A stretch of DNA of 64,000 nt from contig CAWBZV010000004.1 in the NCBI GenBank assembly GCA_963793305.1, forward strand, positions 114,712 through 178,711. The letters run 5' to 3'. Of the stretch, positions 1-9,876 are shown one piece after another; position 1 is the first letter of the stretch; each line of letters begins with the position of its first letter. The notes under the pieces are model-generated. The model made no database searches, was not told the origin of the DNA, and saw only the letters and a list, made by a program, of their open reading frames with translations. A program made the position numbers and the translations under genes. Source of the stretch: an uncultured Gemmatimonadales bacterium (lineage in GTDB: Bacteria; Gemmatimonadota; Gemmatimonadetes; Gemmatimonadales; Gemmatimonadaceae).

Positions 1-48
1 GGCCACCAAAGAGGCCGCGTTGGCCGTACACGGCGAGGCCCTGCACAT

Positions 49-522
49 CTGACCAGTATTCGGGCGCTCGGGAGTCATGATGAACGAGCGGCTCGGGCGC
101 TGTTCACCCAAGCGTTCGGGAACACTCTCTACGCCGCGGCGCCGCGATTTGCGTTAGCTCGCGCGCTCGGCGCCGAGTCTCCGTCCGAGTCGTCGGGATT
201 GGTCGCTGAGGCCGATGGCCGGCTGGTCGGCGTCGCGGTGTTCGGCCTCGTTGCGGGCGCCGAGGGCGCCGCCAAAATGCACGGCATGGCGGTGGCGCCC
301 GATGCGCAGCGGCATGGCATCGCCCGCGCGCTGATCGAGGCGTTTGTCGGCGAGCTCCAACGCCGGGGCGCGAGGTTTGTGCTGGTGGAGTTTCCCGATG
401 CGCCCGAGCTCGCGGGCGGCCGCACGCTGCTGCAGCACGCCAAGTTCGTCGAAGAGTCGCGGATGAAAGACTATTTCCGCGACGGCATCGCGCTCGTGTT
501 TTTGAGACGCGACCTGGCGTAA
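49..522 (+). CDS. GNAT family N-acetyltransferase (start uncertain; frame is open upstream of 199)
   Basis: Acetyl-CoA binding motif MAVAPDAQRHGIARAL; a preceding frame ends with TGA at 50-52. Confidence 0.8.
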   Translation: MTSIRALGSHDERAARALFTQAFGNTLYAAAPRFALARALGAESPSESSGLVAEADGRLVGVAVFGLVAGAEGAAKMHGMAVAPDAQRHGIARALIEAFVGELQRRGARFVLVEFPDAPELAGGRTLLQHAKFVEESRMKDYFRDGIALVFLRRDLA

Positions 523-574
523 AACACATAGGCCCACTCGTCGCCGAGCGGGCCTACTGTTGCGAAACGATTCG

Positions 575-1015
575 CTAGCGGCGAATCGTCGCGCCGATGG
601 CGGCCCCGAGGGCGAGCAAGCTCGTCGCGGCAGCTGCCACGGCGATCGGGCTCATGGCGATCGGCCGGCTCCACCACGGCGTCGCCGTCGCGGGCGTCGT
701 CGCCGGCAGCGCGTCCATGATCTTCTGCGTCAGGTCGGCGGGCGTCACCAGGTAGCGCCGCTGCTCGAGATCCCGATCGACCCGCTTCCAGAACTCGACC
801 TGCCGGGTCGCGTCGGCACCAGATACCGCCGTCTCGGGAAGCTCGCCGTCGAGCCACGCATGCACGAGATCCGACGTGCGCGTGCTGTCCGTGCCGCCGA
901 TCGGGACTTCCCGGTCGGAGACGCGGCGCACCGGCTCGCGCGACGACGGGCGCTTTGCCTCGCCGTTGTTCTCGCGCGACTCGGGGGTTGGCGCGTTCAG
1001 GTCATCATGCATCAC
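575..1015 (-). CDS. Putative membrane-anchored anti-sigma factor
   Basis: Overlaps the ECF sigma stop by 4 nt; LVHAWLDGEL motif; C-terminal hydrophobic helix. Confidence 0.6.
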   Translation of the reverse strand: MMHDDLNAPTPESRENNGEAKRPSSREPVRRVSDREVPIGGTDSTRTSDLVHAWLDGELPETAVSGADATRQVEFWKRVDRDLEQRRYLVTPADLTQKIMDALPATTPATATPWWSRPIAMSPIAVAAAATSLLALGAAIGATIRR

Positions 1016-1668
1016 GCGTATTTCTCCTCTAAAAGGACCTGGAGCGCCTCTCGAGCGCGATGTACGCGCATCTTGAGTGCTCCGACTGTAGTTCCGAGCA
1101 AATCGGCCATCTCTTCGTACGACCGCCCTTCGACGTGCTTCATCACGAACGCCTCGCGAAGCGACGGGGCCAACGCGGCGAGCGCGCGGTCGAGATCGCT
1201 TCTCAGCTCCGTCCGATCGAGATCCTCGTCGGGGGTCGCGTATCCAGACGGTTGATCGTCCTCATCGTAACTCAAATGGGTCCGCCGAATGTTCTTCAGC
1301 CAGTCCTTGCACCCATTTGCCACGATTCGAAACACCCAGGCATCGAAGCGTCCCCGCACCTCAGCGAGGTGTTGGTACGCTTTGATGAAAGACATCTGCA
1401 GGATGTCTTCCGCAACATCAGGGCTCCCGGTCATGCCTAACGCGTGCCGATACAGCGGATCGCTGTACCGCCCGATGAGCTGGCTGAAGGCTTCGCGATG
1501 CCCCGCCAGGACCCGGGCGATGATCTGCTGGTCTGCTTCCAACTGATCGGCCTGAGCCGCCGTGACCGTTGTTTTCACGGCGTTACCATAACCTGTTTGG
1601 CTCGTACCGGATAGCCCCACGGACGTGCCTGCGTCCTTGACTGGTGCTGTCACGCCGTGATGACGCAT
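1012..1668 (-). CDS. ECF-family RNA polymerase sigma factor
   Basis: Region 2 AEDILQMSFIKAY..FDAWVFRIVANGCKD; region 4 EGRSYEEMADLLGTTVGALKMRVHRAR. Confidence 0.93.
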   Translation of the reverse strand: MRHHGVTAPVKDAGTSVGLSGTSQTGYGNAVKTTVTAAQADQLEADQQIIARVLAGHREAFSQLIGRYSDPLYRHALGMTGSPDVAEDILQMSFIKAYQHLAEVRGRFDAWVFRIVANGCKDWLKNIRRTHLSYDEDDQPSGYATPDEDLDRTELRSDLDRALAALAPSLREAFVMKHVEGRSYEEMADLLGTTVGALKMRVHRAREALQVLLEEKYA

Positions 1669-1683
1669 TATGCAATACAGAGG

Positions 1684-2772
1684 TCACTTTCTGATCCGTA
1701 AGTAATAGATGAGTTCGGTAACACCCGATGCCCGGTATCGCCGATTCTCTCCATCCTGGTCGGCCCGATATCGTTTGTACAGTTGTTTGAACTGTCGTAC
1801 AGGCTCAACAGCCCGTTGACCGAGAATGTCAAGAAACTCGTCATCGGACAGGATTCCTTCAGTGTTGTAGCTCACCAGGACGTGCCGAGCTCCCGTAGCG
1901 CCCAGAAGCTCCTCCAGCGCCCTAGCAGCCCCAGCTTTATTACACCAGAGGCTGGAAGGCGGCCTATCCACGGGAAGCCCTGTCTTTCCCTTGAGGACGG
2001 GCAAAGCCTCGAACCACCCCTTGGCGATGATCTCCGGTATATGGTAGTAGCCAGAGTACTGCCGGGCGTTATAGGGTGGGTCCACGTAGAGCAGGTCAAC
2101 GGGTCCCACCTTCCGGGCGACCGTGGTCGCATCATCCCGATGGGCCCTGGATCCCGCAGCACGCGAGACTGGCCTGGCCGGTTGCATCCGAAATGTCTTC
2201 GTCGCATTCGGCTGCCACTTCTTGATGTAGGCGGCGTAGATGCCCGCGGTATTCGCCACCCGATCCGCGGCTTCGATAATCGAGGCCAGCAAGAGATAGT
2301 ACGCGTCCTCGCTGACCAACTCGGCCTCTCTCCACCGGTGGAGCGCATGCCGAGCCGCATCGATGCGTCGTGCGTTCTCGTCGGTGAAGTACATCCGGCC
2401 ACCGGTGGCCGAGAAATGTTGCGAGATGAATCCGTGCTCGGGCTCCACCCAGGCCGACAAGTACTCGGCGAGCACCGAGAGTCCGTCTCTCACCACCGGC
2501 ATGTGCGCGATGGCGCGACGCAGATCGGCATCGCCGGCGGCGGCACGACGCGCATCCGGACCATGGCGGGCGACGACGTACGCGCGCTGAAACACGTAGG
2601 AGTACGTCATGACGTCGCTCGACTCGACGCGCCATCCGGCGGCTTTGAGCGAGCGCGCGACGGATGCGGTTCCCGCGAAGGCATCGTGCGCTCGACCCGG
2701 CGTCACGCCGAGTTGGAGCAAGACATCGCCGAGAAAGGGCAGGAGCTTTGTCTTATTGCCGATATACCGCAC
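1684..2772 (-). CDS. DNA N6-adenine methyltransferase (D12/Dam-like class)
   Basis: MRYIGNKTKLL N-terminus, DAFAGTASV SAM-binding motif, catalytic YVDPPYN, VLVSYN. Confidence 0.9.
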   Translation of the reverse strand: MRYIGNKTKLLPFLGDVLLQLGVTPGRAHDAFAGTASVARSLKAAGWRVESSDVMTYSYVFQRAYVVARHGPDARRAAAGDADLRRAIAHMPVVRDGLSVLAEYLSAWVEPEHGFISQHFSATGGRMYFTDENARRIDAARHALHRWREAELVSEDAYYLLLASIIEAADRVANTAGIYAAYIKKWQPNATKTFRMQPARPVSRAAGSRAHRDDATTVARKVGPVDLLYVDPPYNARQYSGYYHIPEIIAKGWFEALPVLKGKTGLPVDRPPSSLWCNKAGAARALEELLGATGARHVLVSYNTEGILSDDEFLDILGQRAVEPVRQFKQLYKRYRADQDGENRRYRASGVTELIYYLRIRK

Positions 2773-2781
2773 GCCGGCAGT

Positions 2782-3724
2782 CTACCACGTCGCTAGATGC
2801 CCGACAATCACAGATCCGACAAACCGCGCGACGGGCCCGCCGCGATACTCGCGGGTCTGGGTCGTGAGCCGGAGCTCCACGGTGTACCCGAACACGCGCG
2901 TCGCGGGCCCGATGTCGTAGGACGAGGTGAATGGCAGTGCGTCGGTGTGGCTGCTCGACCGAAACGTGCTGCCGTCGAGGAAGATGTTGCGCAGCACCCA
3001 GTCCTCGTGCGCGCCCACGACGACATAGAAATCGAACGGCCGCACCGTGGTATCGCCCCACGGCGTCTCGGAATGCAGGCCGAGGCGCCCGCGCGCGCCG
3101 ACGCTCGTGCCCGTGCGCACGTTTCCGATGGCCGCGTTCCAATCGGGCGCGAGCTCGAATGACAACCCGTGCGGGAGCGTCGACTCGAGCAAGAGATACT
3201 GCTCGCCATAGCGCACGATGAGCCCAGGCTCGAACGTGAGCTGATTGCGCCAGCCAGGTACGGGGGGCCCGAGTCGCGTGATCTCGTGGAAGGTGTTCTG
3301 CACCCATCCCGCGAGGGACTGCGGACCGATCACGCCCAGGTCGGCGCTGAACGAGCGGAATCGTTCGCCGGACGTGGTCGAACGTCATGAGCTCGCCGTA
3401 CAACCATCCCGCGTACGGCCGCTGACCAGGACCAGGATCAACAGGGTATCGCGTCGGTGTGTAGATCTCCTGCCCGAACGCGAATTGCTGCGAGGCGGGG
3501 GACTCGCCATCCCGCGACGAGCCGAGTATCTGGGAGAACAACTTCCACGGGTGCGCGATGCCGGACGTTATCCGGAGACCCTGGGTATAATTGTCATCCG
3601 ACCGTCGATGCGACGGCACCCAGACCGCGAGATTGCCATTGTCTTCCTGCACCGACCATTGCGCCATCCCAACGCTCGGGACGATCAGCAATGCGCAACA
3701 TATCAGTCGGTCCAGTCGACGCAT
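2782..3724 (-). CDS. LpxR/DUF2219 family outer-membrane lipid A deacylase-like protein, one frameshift near 3350
   Basis: Signal peptide; SDDNYTQG, GQEIYTP, RPYAGWLYG, then in a second frame IGPQSLAGWVQNTFH, GWRNQL, RNIFLDG. Confidence 0.75.
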
Positions 3725-3766
3725 TTTCCGCCTACGTGCAAGCGTTCGGTCGATAGAAGTCGACGC

Positions 3767-4871
3767 TTACGGAATAGGTTCCTCGGCGAACGCTCGCCAG
3801 CGCGCCGCACGAATGCGCTCGCCATGCTCATCCAGTTTCGGTGGTGGATAACGTACAGCGCCCGGGACACTTGGGCTCACGCCCGAAAGCGGCGAGCACT
3901 CAACGTCCCGTAACGATTCCAAAACCGATTTGACAACTCCGTTCGGAACGCCGGCTCGGTCGAGCCGTTCGATCCAGTCGGTCGCCGATCGCTCCCGGAG
4001 CCGTGTCGCTATCGTCTCGACAATGCGCGCTCGCTGCTCGAGCCGCCCCGCGTTGGTCGCGAGGTCGGCGTCGGCCGCCAGGTCGCCGAGCTGCAACGCT
4101 TCGGCGCATCGCTTCCATTGGGCATCGCTGCCAACGGCCAGCACGATCGGCCGGTCGGCGGTCTCAAAGAGTTGATACGGCACGAGATTGGGGTGGGCAT
4201 TCCCCCAGCGCTCGGCGTCCGTCCCACTCACGAGCGCGTTCTGCGCGACGTTGACCAGCGCGGCGGCGGCGCTGTGGGCGAGCGAGATGATGATCCTCCG
4301 TGGGCCCGACGTGCGACCGACCAGTGCGCCCAAGATGGCGATGGCGGCGTCTTTGCCGGCGATGACGTCGGCGAGCGCGACGCCCACTTTCATTGGCTCG
4401 CCATGGCGCTCTCCGGTTATGGCCATCCATCCGCGTTCGGCTTGCACCGTAAAGTCGTAGCCCACACGCGAGGACTTTTCACCGAACCCGCTGATCGTGC
4501 ACCAGAATGAGGCGCGGGTACTGTTCGAGGATCGTGTCCGGGTCCAACCCACGACGGGCCAAGGCGCCAGGGAGAAAGTTGTCGACGACGACATCGGCTT
4601 GAGACGCGAGCTCGCGGACTAGCGCCTGATCAGCCGGGTCGTCGAGGTCGGCTGCTACACTCCATTTGTTTCGGTTGACGCTGAGGTAGTAGGCGCTCTG
4701 ACCTCGAGCGTCGAAAGGGGGTCCCCATCCGCGGGTATCATCCCCCATGCGCGGGCGTTCTATTTTGATGACATGGGCGCCCATGTCGCCGAGCATCATA
4801 GTACAGAGAGGGCCAGCGAGCACCCTCGTGAGATCGAGTACTTTGATCGAACTGAGATATAACTGATTCAT
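3767..4871 (-). CDS. CaiB/BaiF family (class III) CoA-transferase, frameshift near 4490
   Basis: VLDLTRVLAGPLCTMMLGDMGA, GDDTRGWGPP, NRNKWS, VENF-like VVDNF, GNAHPNLVPY, PPKLDEHG. Confidence 0.88.
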
Positions 4872-4954
4872 TACTGTTGCTATAGAGTCGTAGCTTTCAT
4901 GGCAATTCGGCTATGATCGGCATGCTTGCCGCTTGGGCCTCGAGGGAGCGCCGC

Positions 4955-4982
4955 TTGCGTAGATGACGAACAATCATATACT
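4955..4982 (+). promoter_or_regulatory. Putative sigma70-type promoter
   Basis: TTGCGT-N16-TATACT about 40 nt upstream of ATG 5025. Confidence 0.4.
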
Positions 4983-5024
4983 TACCGCCGCGCGTGGGTC
5001 TTAACCACACGGAGCACGCTATTC

Positions 5025-5663
5025 ATGGCGGATAAGCCGCATATACCTGACGCGAAATCCTCAGCGGACCCAGCCGCGTCGACGACCAACTCGTCGACTC
5101 CGGTGGCGCCGAAGCGCAGTCCCGGCCATCGGGGCGCCGACGTTCGGGATACTGTCGCCGAAATGGCGGCCAAAGCTCAGGAGATCAGTCAGGAAGCCGG
5201 CAGCAAAATGGCAGCGGCCATGCGCAATGTCATCAGTGCCGCGGCCGGCATGTCCACGTTTGCCGCGGATTCCGCGCGCGACCTTGTCCAGTATATGGTG
5301 CGGCGTGGGCAGATGACGCAGGAAGAGGCCGACAAGCTCATCCGCGAGGCCGAGGAGGCAGCGGCGAAGCGCAATGTGAACCTGCCGCCGCCGCCGTCAA
5401 AGGTGCCGAAGCCGCCGCCACCACCACCACCGGTTGCGGTGATCTCTGCGCCGGTCGCGATGGTGCCAACTCCGGCCATCCATCACCCGGTTCCCGTCGT
5501 CAAGCCCGCACCGCAACCTGCGCCCGCGGTAGCGAAGCATCCCGCTCCCGTGAAGAAAGCGGCCGCACCCGCGCCCGCGAAGCACGTGCCCCCGCGGCCG
5601 GTCGCGAAGAAAGCAGCGCCGGCGAAGGCAGTCGCGAAGAAGAAACCGGCGAAAAAGCGCTAG
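5025..5663 (+). CDS. Phasin-like protein with Pro-rich linker and Lys/Ala-rich histone-like tail
   Basis: ARDLVQYMVRRGQMTQEEADKLI resembles a phasin helix; tail KKAAPAKAVAKKKPAKKR. Confidence 0.55.
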   Translation: MADKPHIPDAKSSADPAASTTNSSTPVAPKRSPGHRGADVRDTVAEMAAKAQEISQEAGSKMAAAMRNVISAAAGMSTFAADSARDLVQYMVRRGQMTQEEADKLIREAEEAAAKRNVNLPPPPSKVPKPPPPPPPVAVISAPVAMVPTPAIHHPVPVVKPAPQPAPAVAKHPAPVKKAAAPAPAKHVPPRPVAKKAAPAKAVAKKKPAKKR

Positions 5664-5671
5664 CGATCAAG

Positions 5672-5696
5672 AGGCCAGCTCGCCGCTGGCCTTTTT
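5672..5696 (+). terminator. Rho-independent terminator
   Basis: AGGCCAGC-tcgcc-GCTGGCCT followed by TTTT just after the stop at 5663. Confidence 0.8.
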
Positions 5697-5814
5697 ATCG
5701 AGAGGGTGACAATCGCACTTTGACGCGCACCGTCGATCCTGCGACTTTGTCCGTATGCCTCAATCATCGCAGGGGGAGGGTAGTATTTTTGGTATTCCTC
5801 TAAGAAGAGGCGGC

Positions 5815-6057
5815 ATGACGACGTATACGGCAATCGTCGAACGCGACCCAGATACTGGACTATACGTCGCCTATATCCCGGGATGGCCGGGGGCACACAC
5901 GCAAGCGGCGACCCTCGATGAGCTACAGCAAAATTTGCGAGAGGTCGTCGAGCTCCTTCGCGAGGACGGCGAACCAGAGCTCGAAGCCGAGTTTATCGGC
6001 ACCCAGATCGCACGGGATGTCCGGCTGACAGTGGAGGAGTTGCTCGCGGCCAAGTAG
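5815..6057 (+). CDS. hicB: HicB-family antitoxin, C-terminus apparently fused to the tail of a deleted HicA
   Basis: YTAIVERDPDTGLYVAYIPGWPGAHTQAATLDELQQNLREVVELL is a typical HicB fold; ends IARDVRLTVEELLAAK. Confidence 0.8.
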   Translation: MTTYTAIVERDPDTGLYVAYIPGWPGAHTQAATLDELQQNLREVVELLREDGEPELEAEFIGTQIARDVRLTVEELLAAK

Positions 6058-6092
6058 CAGTCGGCCAGCACGTCGAGCACGCGCGCGCGAGA

Positions 6093-7187
6093 TCAACGCG
6101 TTGTGGGTAAAGGCCTGTGAGAGGTTGCTGAGGAACTCTTCGGCTGCTTATACTCGAACCGCTGCCCACGGAAATTCCGGAAGACCACGCGGTCGTCCGT
6201 GATCTCCTCGACGTACTCGGGGAGCAACGGCACCTTGCCGCCACCGCCCGGTGCGTCGATCACGAAATGCGGGACCGCGAGCCCCGAGGTCCAGCCGCGG
6301 AGCGCCTCGATGATCTCGAGCCCCTTCTGCACCGTCGTGCGGAAGTGCTCGCCGCCGGCGACCTGGTCGGCCATGTAGATGTAATACGGCCGCACGCGCG
6401 CCTTGAGCAGCGCGTGCATGAGCGCCTTCATCACGACCGGGTCGTCGTTCACGCCCTTGAGCAAGACAGTCTGACATCCGAACGGGACGCCAGCCTTCGA
6501 CAGGCGATCGAGCGCCGCCACGGCCGCCGGCGTGAGCTCGTCGGGATGATTGAAGTGCGTGTTCATGAACACGGGATGGTACTTCTGCACCATCTCGCAG
6601 AACTCGGGCGTGATGCGCTCGGGCAAATGCGATGTGATTCGGCTCCCGATACGAATAATCTCGATATGCGGGATCGCCCGAAGCTGCTGAAACAGATACT
6701 CGAGCCGGCGATCCGAGAGCATCATGGGATCGCCACCGCTCAGAATGACGTCGCGGATCTCCGTGTGCTCCCGGAGATACGCAAACGCCGAGTCGTATTG
6801 ATTGAGCGGAATCTTCTCCGGATCGCCGACTTTGCGGCGCCGGGTACAAAAACGGCAATATGACGCGCAGACGGGACTGACGAGGAAGAGCGCGCGATCG
6901 GGGTAGCGATGCGTGATGTTCGGTACCGGCGAGTCGGCATCCTCGTCGAGCGAATCGACGATCCCGTCGACGATATCCAATTCTTCGACCGTCGGCACAT
7001 ACTGACGCCACATGGCGTCGCCCGGCGTTTTGATGAGATCAAGCGCGGCGGGCGTGATCCGCATCTGGAAATTGTCGAACGCAGGACCGAGAGCAGTCAC
7101 GTCGATCTGCTCCGAGCCGAACCGCTCGGCGAGCTGCGCGAGCGTCGCGACGCTCCGATCCTTCAAGATCTGCTGCCAATCACTCAT
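6093..7187 (-). CDS. kamA: KamA family radical SAM/PLP enzyme (lysine 2,3-aminomutase-like)
   Basis: THRYPDR, CASYCRFCTR (CxxxCxxC), LSGGDP, THFNHP, QTVLLKGVND, DAPGGGGK. Confidence 0.93.
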   Translation of the reverse strand: MSDWQQILKDRSVATLAQLAERFGSEQIDVTALGPAFDNFQMRITPAALDLIKTPGDAMWRQYVPTVEELDIVDGIVDSLDEDADSPVPNITHRYPDRALFLVSPVCASYCRFCTRRRKVGDPEKIPLNQYDSAFAYLREHTEIRDVILSGGDPMMLSDRRLEYLFQQLRAIPHIEIIRIGSRITSHLPERITPEFCEMVQKYHPVFMNTHFNHPDELTPAAVAALDRLSKAGVPFGCQTVLLKGVNDDPVVMKALMHALLKARVRPYYIYMADQVAGGEHFRTTVQKGLEIIEALRGWTSGLAVPHFVIDAPGGGGKVPLLPEYVEEITDDRVVFRNFRGQRFEYKQPKSSSATSHRPLPTTR

Positions 7188-7684
7188 GCCGCACCAAACC
7201 GTTTGGTGTACAACACCCGATCGTCGTCCGCGGCGTAGAAGCTCTGCACCCGAGCCGCCTCGGCGTACCCGCGCTTCTCATAGAACGCGCGAGTGGACGC
7301 ATACGAGGGGCGTCCCGACGTTTCCACGATCAGCATCCGCGCGTTCCACGAAGCGAGGCGAGACTCGACGTCGGCCATGAGCGCGCCCCCGATGCCGTGG
7401 TTTTGGTGCGCGGGATGCACCGCGATCCAATAGAGGTCGTACCCGCGATCAGTGCCGAGCGTCGGCCCGAAGCAGACATAGCCAAACAGTCGCGCCGGAT
7501 CCGTCGGATCGAACGCCCCGAGGAAGATGTAGTCGGGATCGCCGTCGCCCTCGTCGGGCGGGAAGGCATCGTCGAACACCTGCATCGCGACCTCGGTCTC
7601 GGCGGCTGAAAACGCCCCGGTTTCGAGGACGAGTTTCTCCAACGCCTCACGATCAGACCGTCCGAGCGACCTGGCTGGCGTCAC
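7184..7684 (-). CDS. GNAT family N-acetyltransferase
   Basis: YDLYWIAVHPAHQNHGIGGAL, VETSG..Y..TRAFYEKRGY; 4-nt overlaps with both neighbours. Confidence 0.9.
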   Translation of the reverse strand: MTPARSLGRSDREALEKLVLETGAFSAAETEVAMQVFDDAFPPDEGDGDPDYIFLGAFDPTDPARLFGYVCFGPTLGTDRGYDLYWIAVHPAHQNHGIGGALMADVESRLASWNARMLIVETSGRPSYASTRAFYEKRGYAEAARVQSFYAADDDRVLYTKRFGAA

Positions 7685-8718
7685 CCGTTCGCCAGCGCGA
7701 GATCGACGCCGGAGAGCCGCTGCGTGAGCGTCCAGTCATCGGCCCGCACGCCGTCGCGCGCCGCCAGTGCATGCGTCGCGATCAGCCGCACGAGCGCCGG
7801 ATAATCGAGACCGGCTGCCAGCGCCATCCTCGAAAGACCGGCACCCGGACTGGCGTCGGGGTTGGCATTCACCTCCAACACCCACGGACGCCCGTGCCGG
7901 TCTATGCGCATGTCGACCCGGCCGTATCCTGCGCCACCCACGGCGCGCCACGCGGCGAGGGCAATCGACCCGATCTCGGCCGTCAACGCGTCCCCGAGAT
8001 CGGCCGGGCATCGCGGCGCGGCGCCCAAGTCCTCGTCCGACCCGGTGACCCACTTGGACCGATAGGAGACGATACGCCACAGACCGCGCGGCATCGACGT
8101 GAAATCGACCTCGGCGATCGGCAGTACCTGGTTGCCGACGATGCCGACGTTCACCTCGCGGCCGTCGATGTAGCGCTGTACGAGCACCTCGTCCCAACAC
8201 TCGTGCATTGCATCGACCCGTTCGGCCAGCGCGCGCGCCGTGCGAACCACCGACCGCTGCTCGACGCCAAGCGACGCGTCCTCGGCCGCCGGTTTGCAAA
8301 TCGCCGGAAAGCCAACGGCCGGCAGACCCGTGCCGCCATCGCGACGGACGATCGCCCACCGGGGGACCGGCAGCCCCGCACGGTCGAGCATCGTGTTCAC
8401 GAGATGCTTGCGGAGGCAGAGGGTCGTGGTGGCCGAGGAACTGCCGGTGTATGGGAGCCCCATGAGCTCCAGCGCCGCGATCACCGCCGGCTCGAGCGCG
8501 GCGACGCCGTCGACGCCCTCGCACAGATTGAACGCGAGATCGAACTTCGCCTTGCGGACACGCTCCATCCATCGCGCATCCGGGTTGACCGGAATCCGCA
8601 CGGCCTCGTGGCCGTCCTCGGCGAACACCTGCTCCACCGCCTCGACCGCCTCGAGGATCAGCATGTCGGGCGTTTTGCCGAGCGCCGAGGCGCCGTCGAA
8701 GAGGATCGCGACTTTCAT
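7681..8718 (-). CDS. D-Ala-D-Ala ligase-like ATP-grasp enzyme (copy 2)
   Basis: FNLCEG, PYTGS, KPAAEDASLG, YIDGRE, YGRVDMR, LEVNANP. Confidence 0.88.
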   Translation of the reverse strand: MKVAILFDGASALGKTPDMLILEAVEAVEQVFAEDGHEAVRIPVNPDARWMERVRKAKFDLAFNLCEGVDGVAALEPAVIAALELMGLPYTGSSSATTTLCLRKHLVNTMLDRAGLPVPRWAIVRRDGGTGLPAVGFPAICKPAAEDASLGVEQRSVVRTARALAERVDAMHECWDEVLVQRYIDGREVNVGIVGNQVLPIAEVDFTSMPRGLWRIVSYRSKWVTGSDEDLGAAPRCPADLGDALTAEIGSIALAAWRAVGGAGYGRVDMRIDRHGRPWVLEVNANPDASPGAGLSRMALAAGLDYPALVRLIATHALAARDGVRADDWTLTQRLSGVDLALANG

Positions 8719-9839
8719 GCGGCCCCCCGCGCGGCAAATCGCACGGCGCTCCGGAGCGGGATACCCTGACGCTGCGCCGCCAGCATCGAACAGGTCTGAA
8801 TCAGCTCGTCGTACGACATACCCGCGGCCCGCGCGGCTTTCGGGAAGCAGGAATTATCTGCCGGGTCTGGAAGAATGCCCGGGAGCGGATTGATCTCAAC
8901 GACGCACGGGACGCCATCGGCGTCGAGCCGGACGTCGACGCGCGACCAGTCGCGGCAGCCGAGGACGCGGTATGCGGCCAGCGTGACGCGCTCGATCTCG
9001 AAGCGGAGCTGGTCGTCGATCGGCGCCGGGCAGGCAAAGATGTCGAGCGGATGGTCGGGGCGATCCCAGAGCCACTTGGCTTCGAACCCGTAGATCGGGA
9101 GCGCACCAGCCGGCAGCGCGCTGAAGTCGATGCCGACGATCGGCAGCACCTGAGCATTGCCGCCGTTGCCGAGCACCGCGCAGGTGAACTCATCGCCGGG
9201 CAGATACTCCTCGACGAGTACGGGCTGCGTGTACTTGTCGAGCAGGAACCTGACCTGAGCGTCGAGCTCCGCCGGAGTCCGGCAGAGGTTTCGCTCAGTG
9301 ATCCCCTTTGACGATCCCTCGTGCAGCGGCTTCGCGAACAGCGGGAAGCGGAGGCGGCGAAGACGCGTGAGACCGCCCGACAGGTCGTCGCCGTGGTTGA
9401 CGACCTGGAACGCCGCGGTCGGGATGCCGTGGTACGACAGGACCTCCTTGGTCCGCGCCTTATCCAGGCAGAGGGCCAAGGTGAACGGGTCGCTGCCCGA
9501 GTAGGGAATTCCATAGAACTCGCAAATCGCCGGCACCAGCGCCTCGCGATTCGCCCCACCCAGTCCTTCGACCATGTTGAACACGATGTCGGGGCGCGTC
9601 TCGCGCAGCCGCTCCGGGAAATCCATCGTGGCCTCCAGTCGGACTACCTCGCCGAGCGCCGAGAGGGCGTGCTCGACGGCATCGATCGTCTGCTCGTCGT
9701 CCCACTCCGCGAACTCATCGTCGGGTTCGCCCAGACTGGGAGGTTCCTCGGCCCGCGGGTCTCCTTCGTCCTCACCCGCTGGTACGAGCATCGCTTCGGC
9801 GTCAGGCTTTTGATTGTACGTGAATCCGATTCGCGTCAT
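8715..9839 (-). CDS. D-Ala-D-Ala ligase-like ATP-grasp enzyme (copy 1)
   Basis: FNMVEG, PYSGSD, KPLHEGSSKGI, EEYLPGDEF, SRVDVR, EINPLPG; RBS AAGGA before ATG 9839. Confidence 0.9.
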   Translation of the reverse strand: MTRIGFTYNQKPDAEAMLVPAGEDEGDPRAEEPPSLGEPDDEFAEWDDEQTIDAVEHALSALGEVVRLEATMDFPERLRETRPDIVFNMVEGLGGANREALVPAICEFYGIPYSGSDPFTLALCLDKARTKEVLSYHGIPTAAFQVVNHGDDLSGGLTRLRRLRFPLFAKPLHEGSSKGITERNLCRTPAELDAQVRFLLDKYTQPVLVEEYLPGDEFTCAVLGNGGNAQVLPIVGIDFSALPAGALPIYGFEAKWLWDRPDHPLDIFACPAPIDDQLRFEIERVTLAAYRVLGCRDWSRVDVRLDADGVPCVVEINPLPGILPDPADNSCFPKAARAAGMSYDELIQTCSMLAAQRQGIPLRSAVRFAARGAA

Positions 9840-9876
9840 CCGGTCCTTGCGTGCGTTGAGCCTCGTGCGACCGACG

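Noticed and set aside
6093..7187. EpmB for EF-P beta-lysylation
   Set aside because: No efp or epmA nearby; the gene is translationally coupled to a GNAT and ATP-grasp ligases instead.
7681..9839. Van-type glycopeptide resistance ligases
   Set aside because: No vanH/vanX/vanRS context and the canonical Ddl/Van LHG motif is missing.
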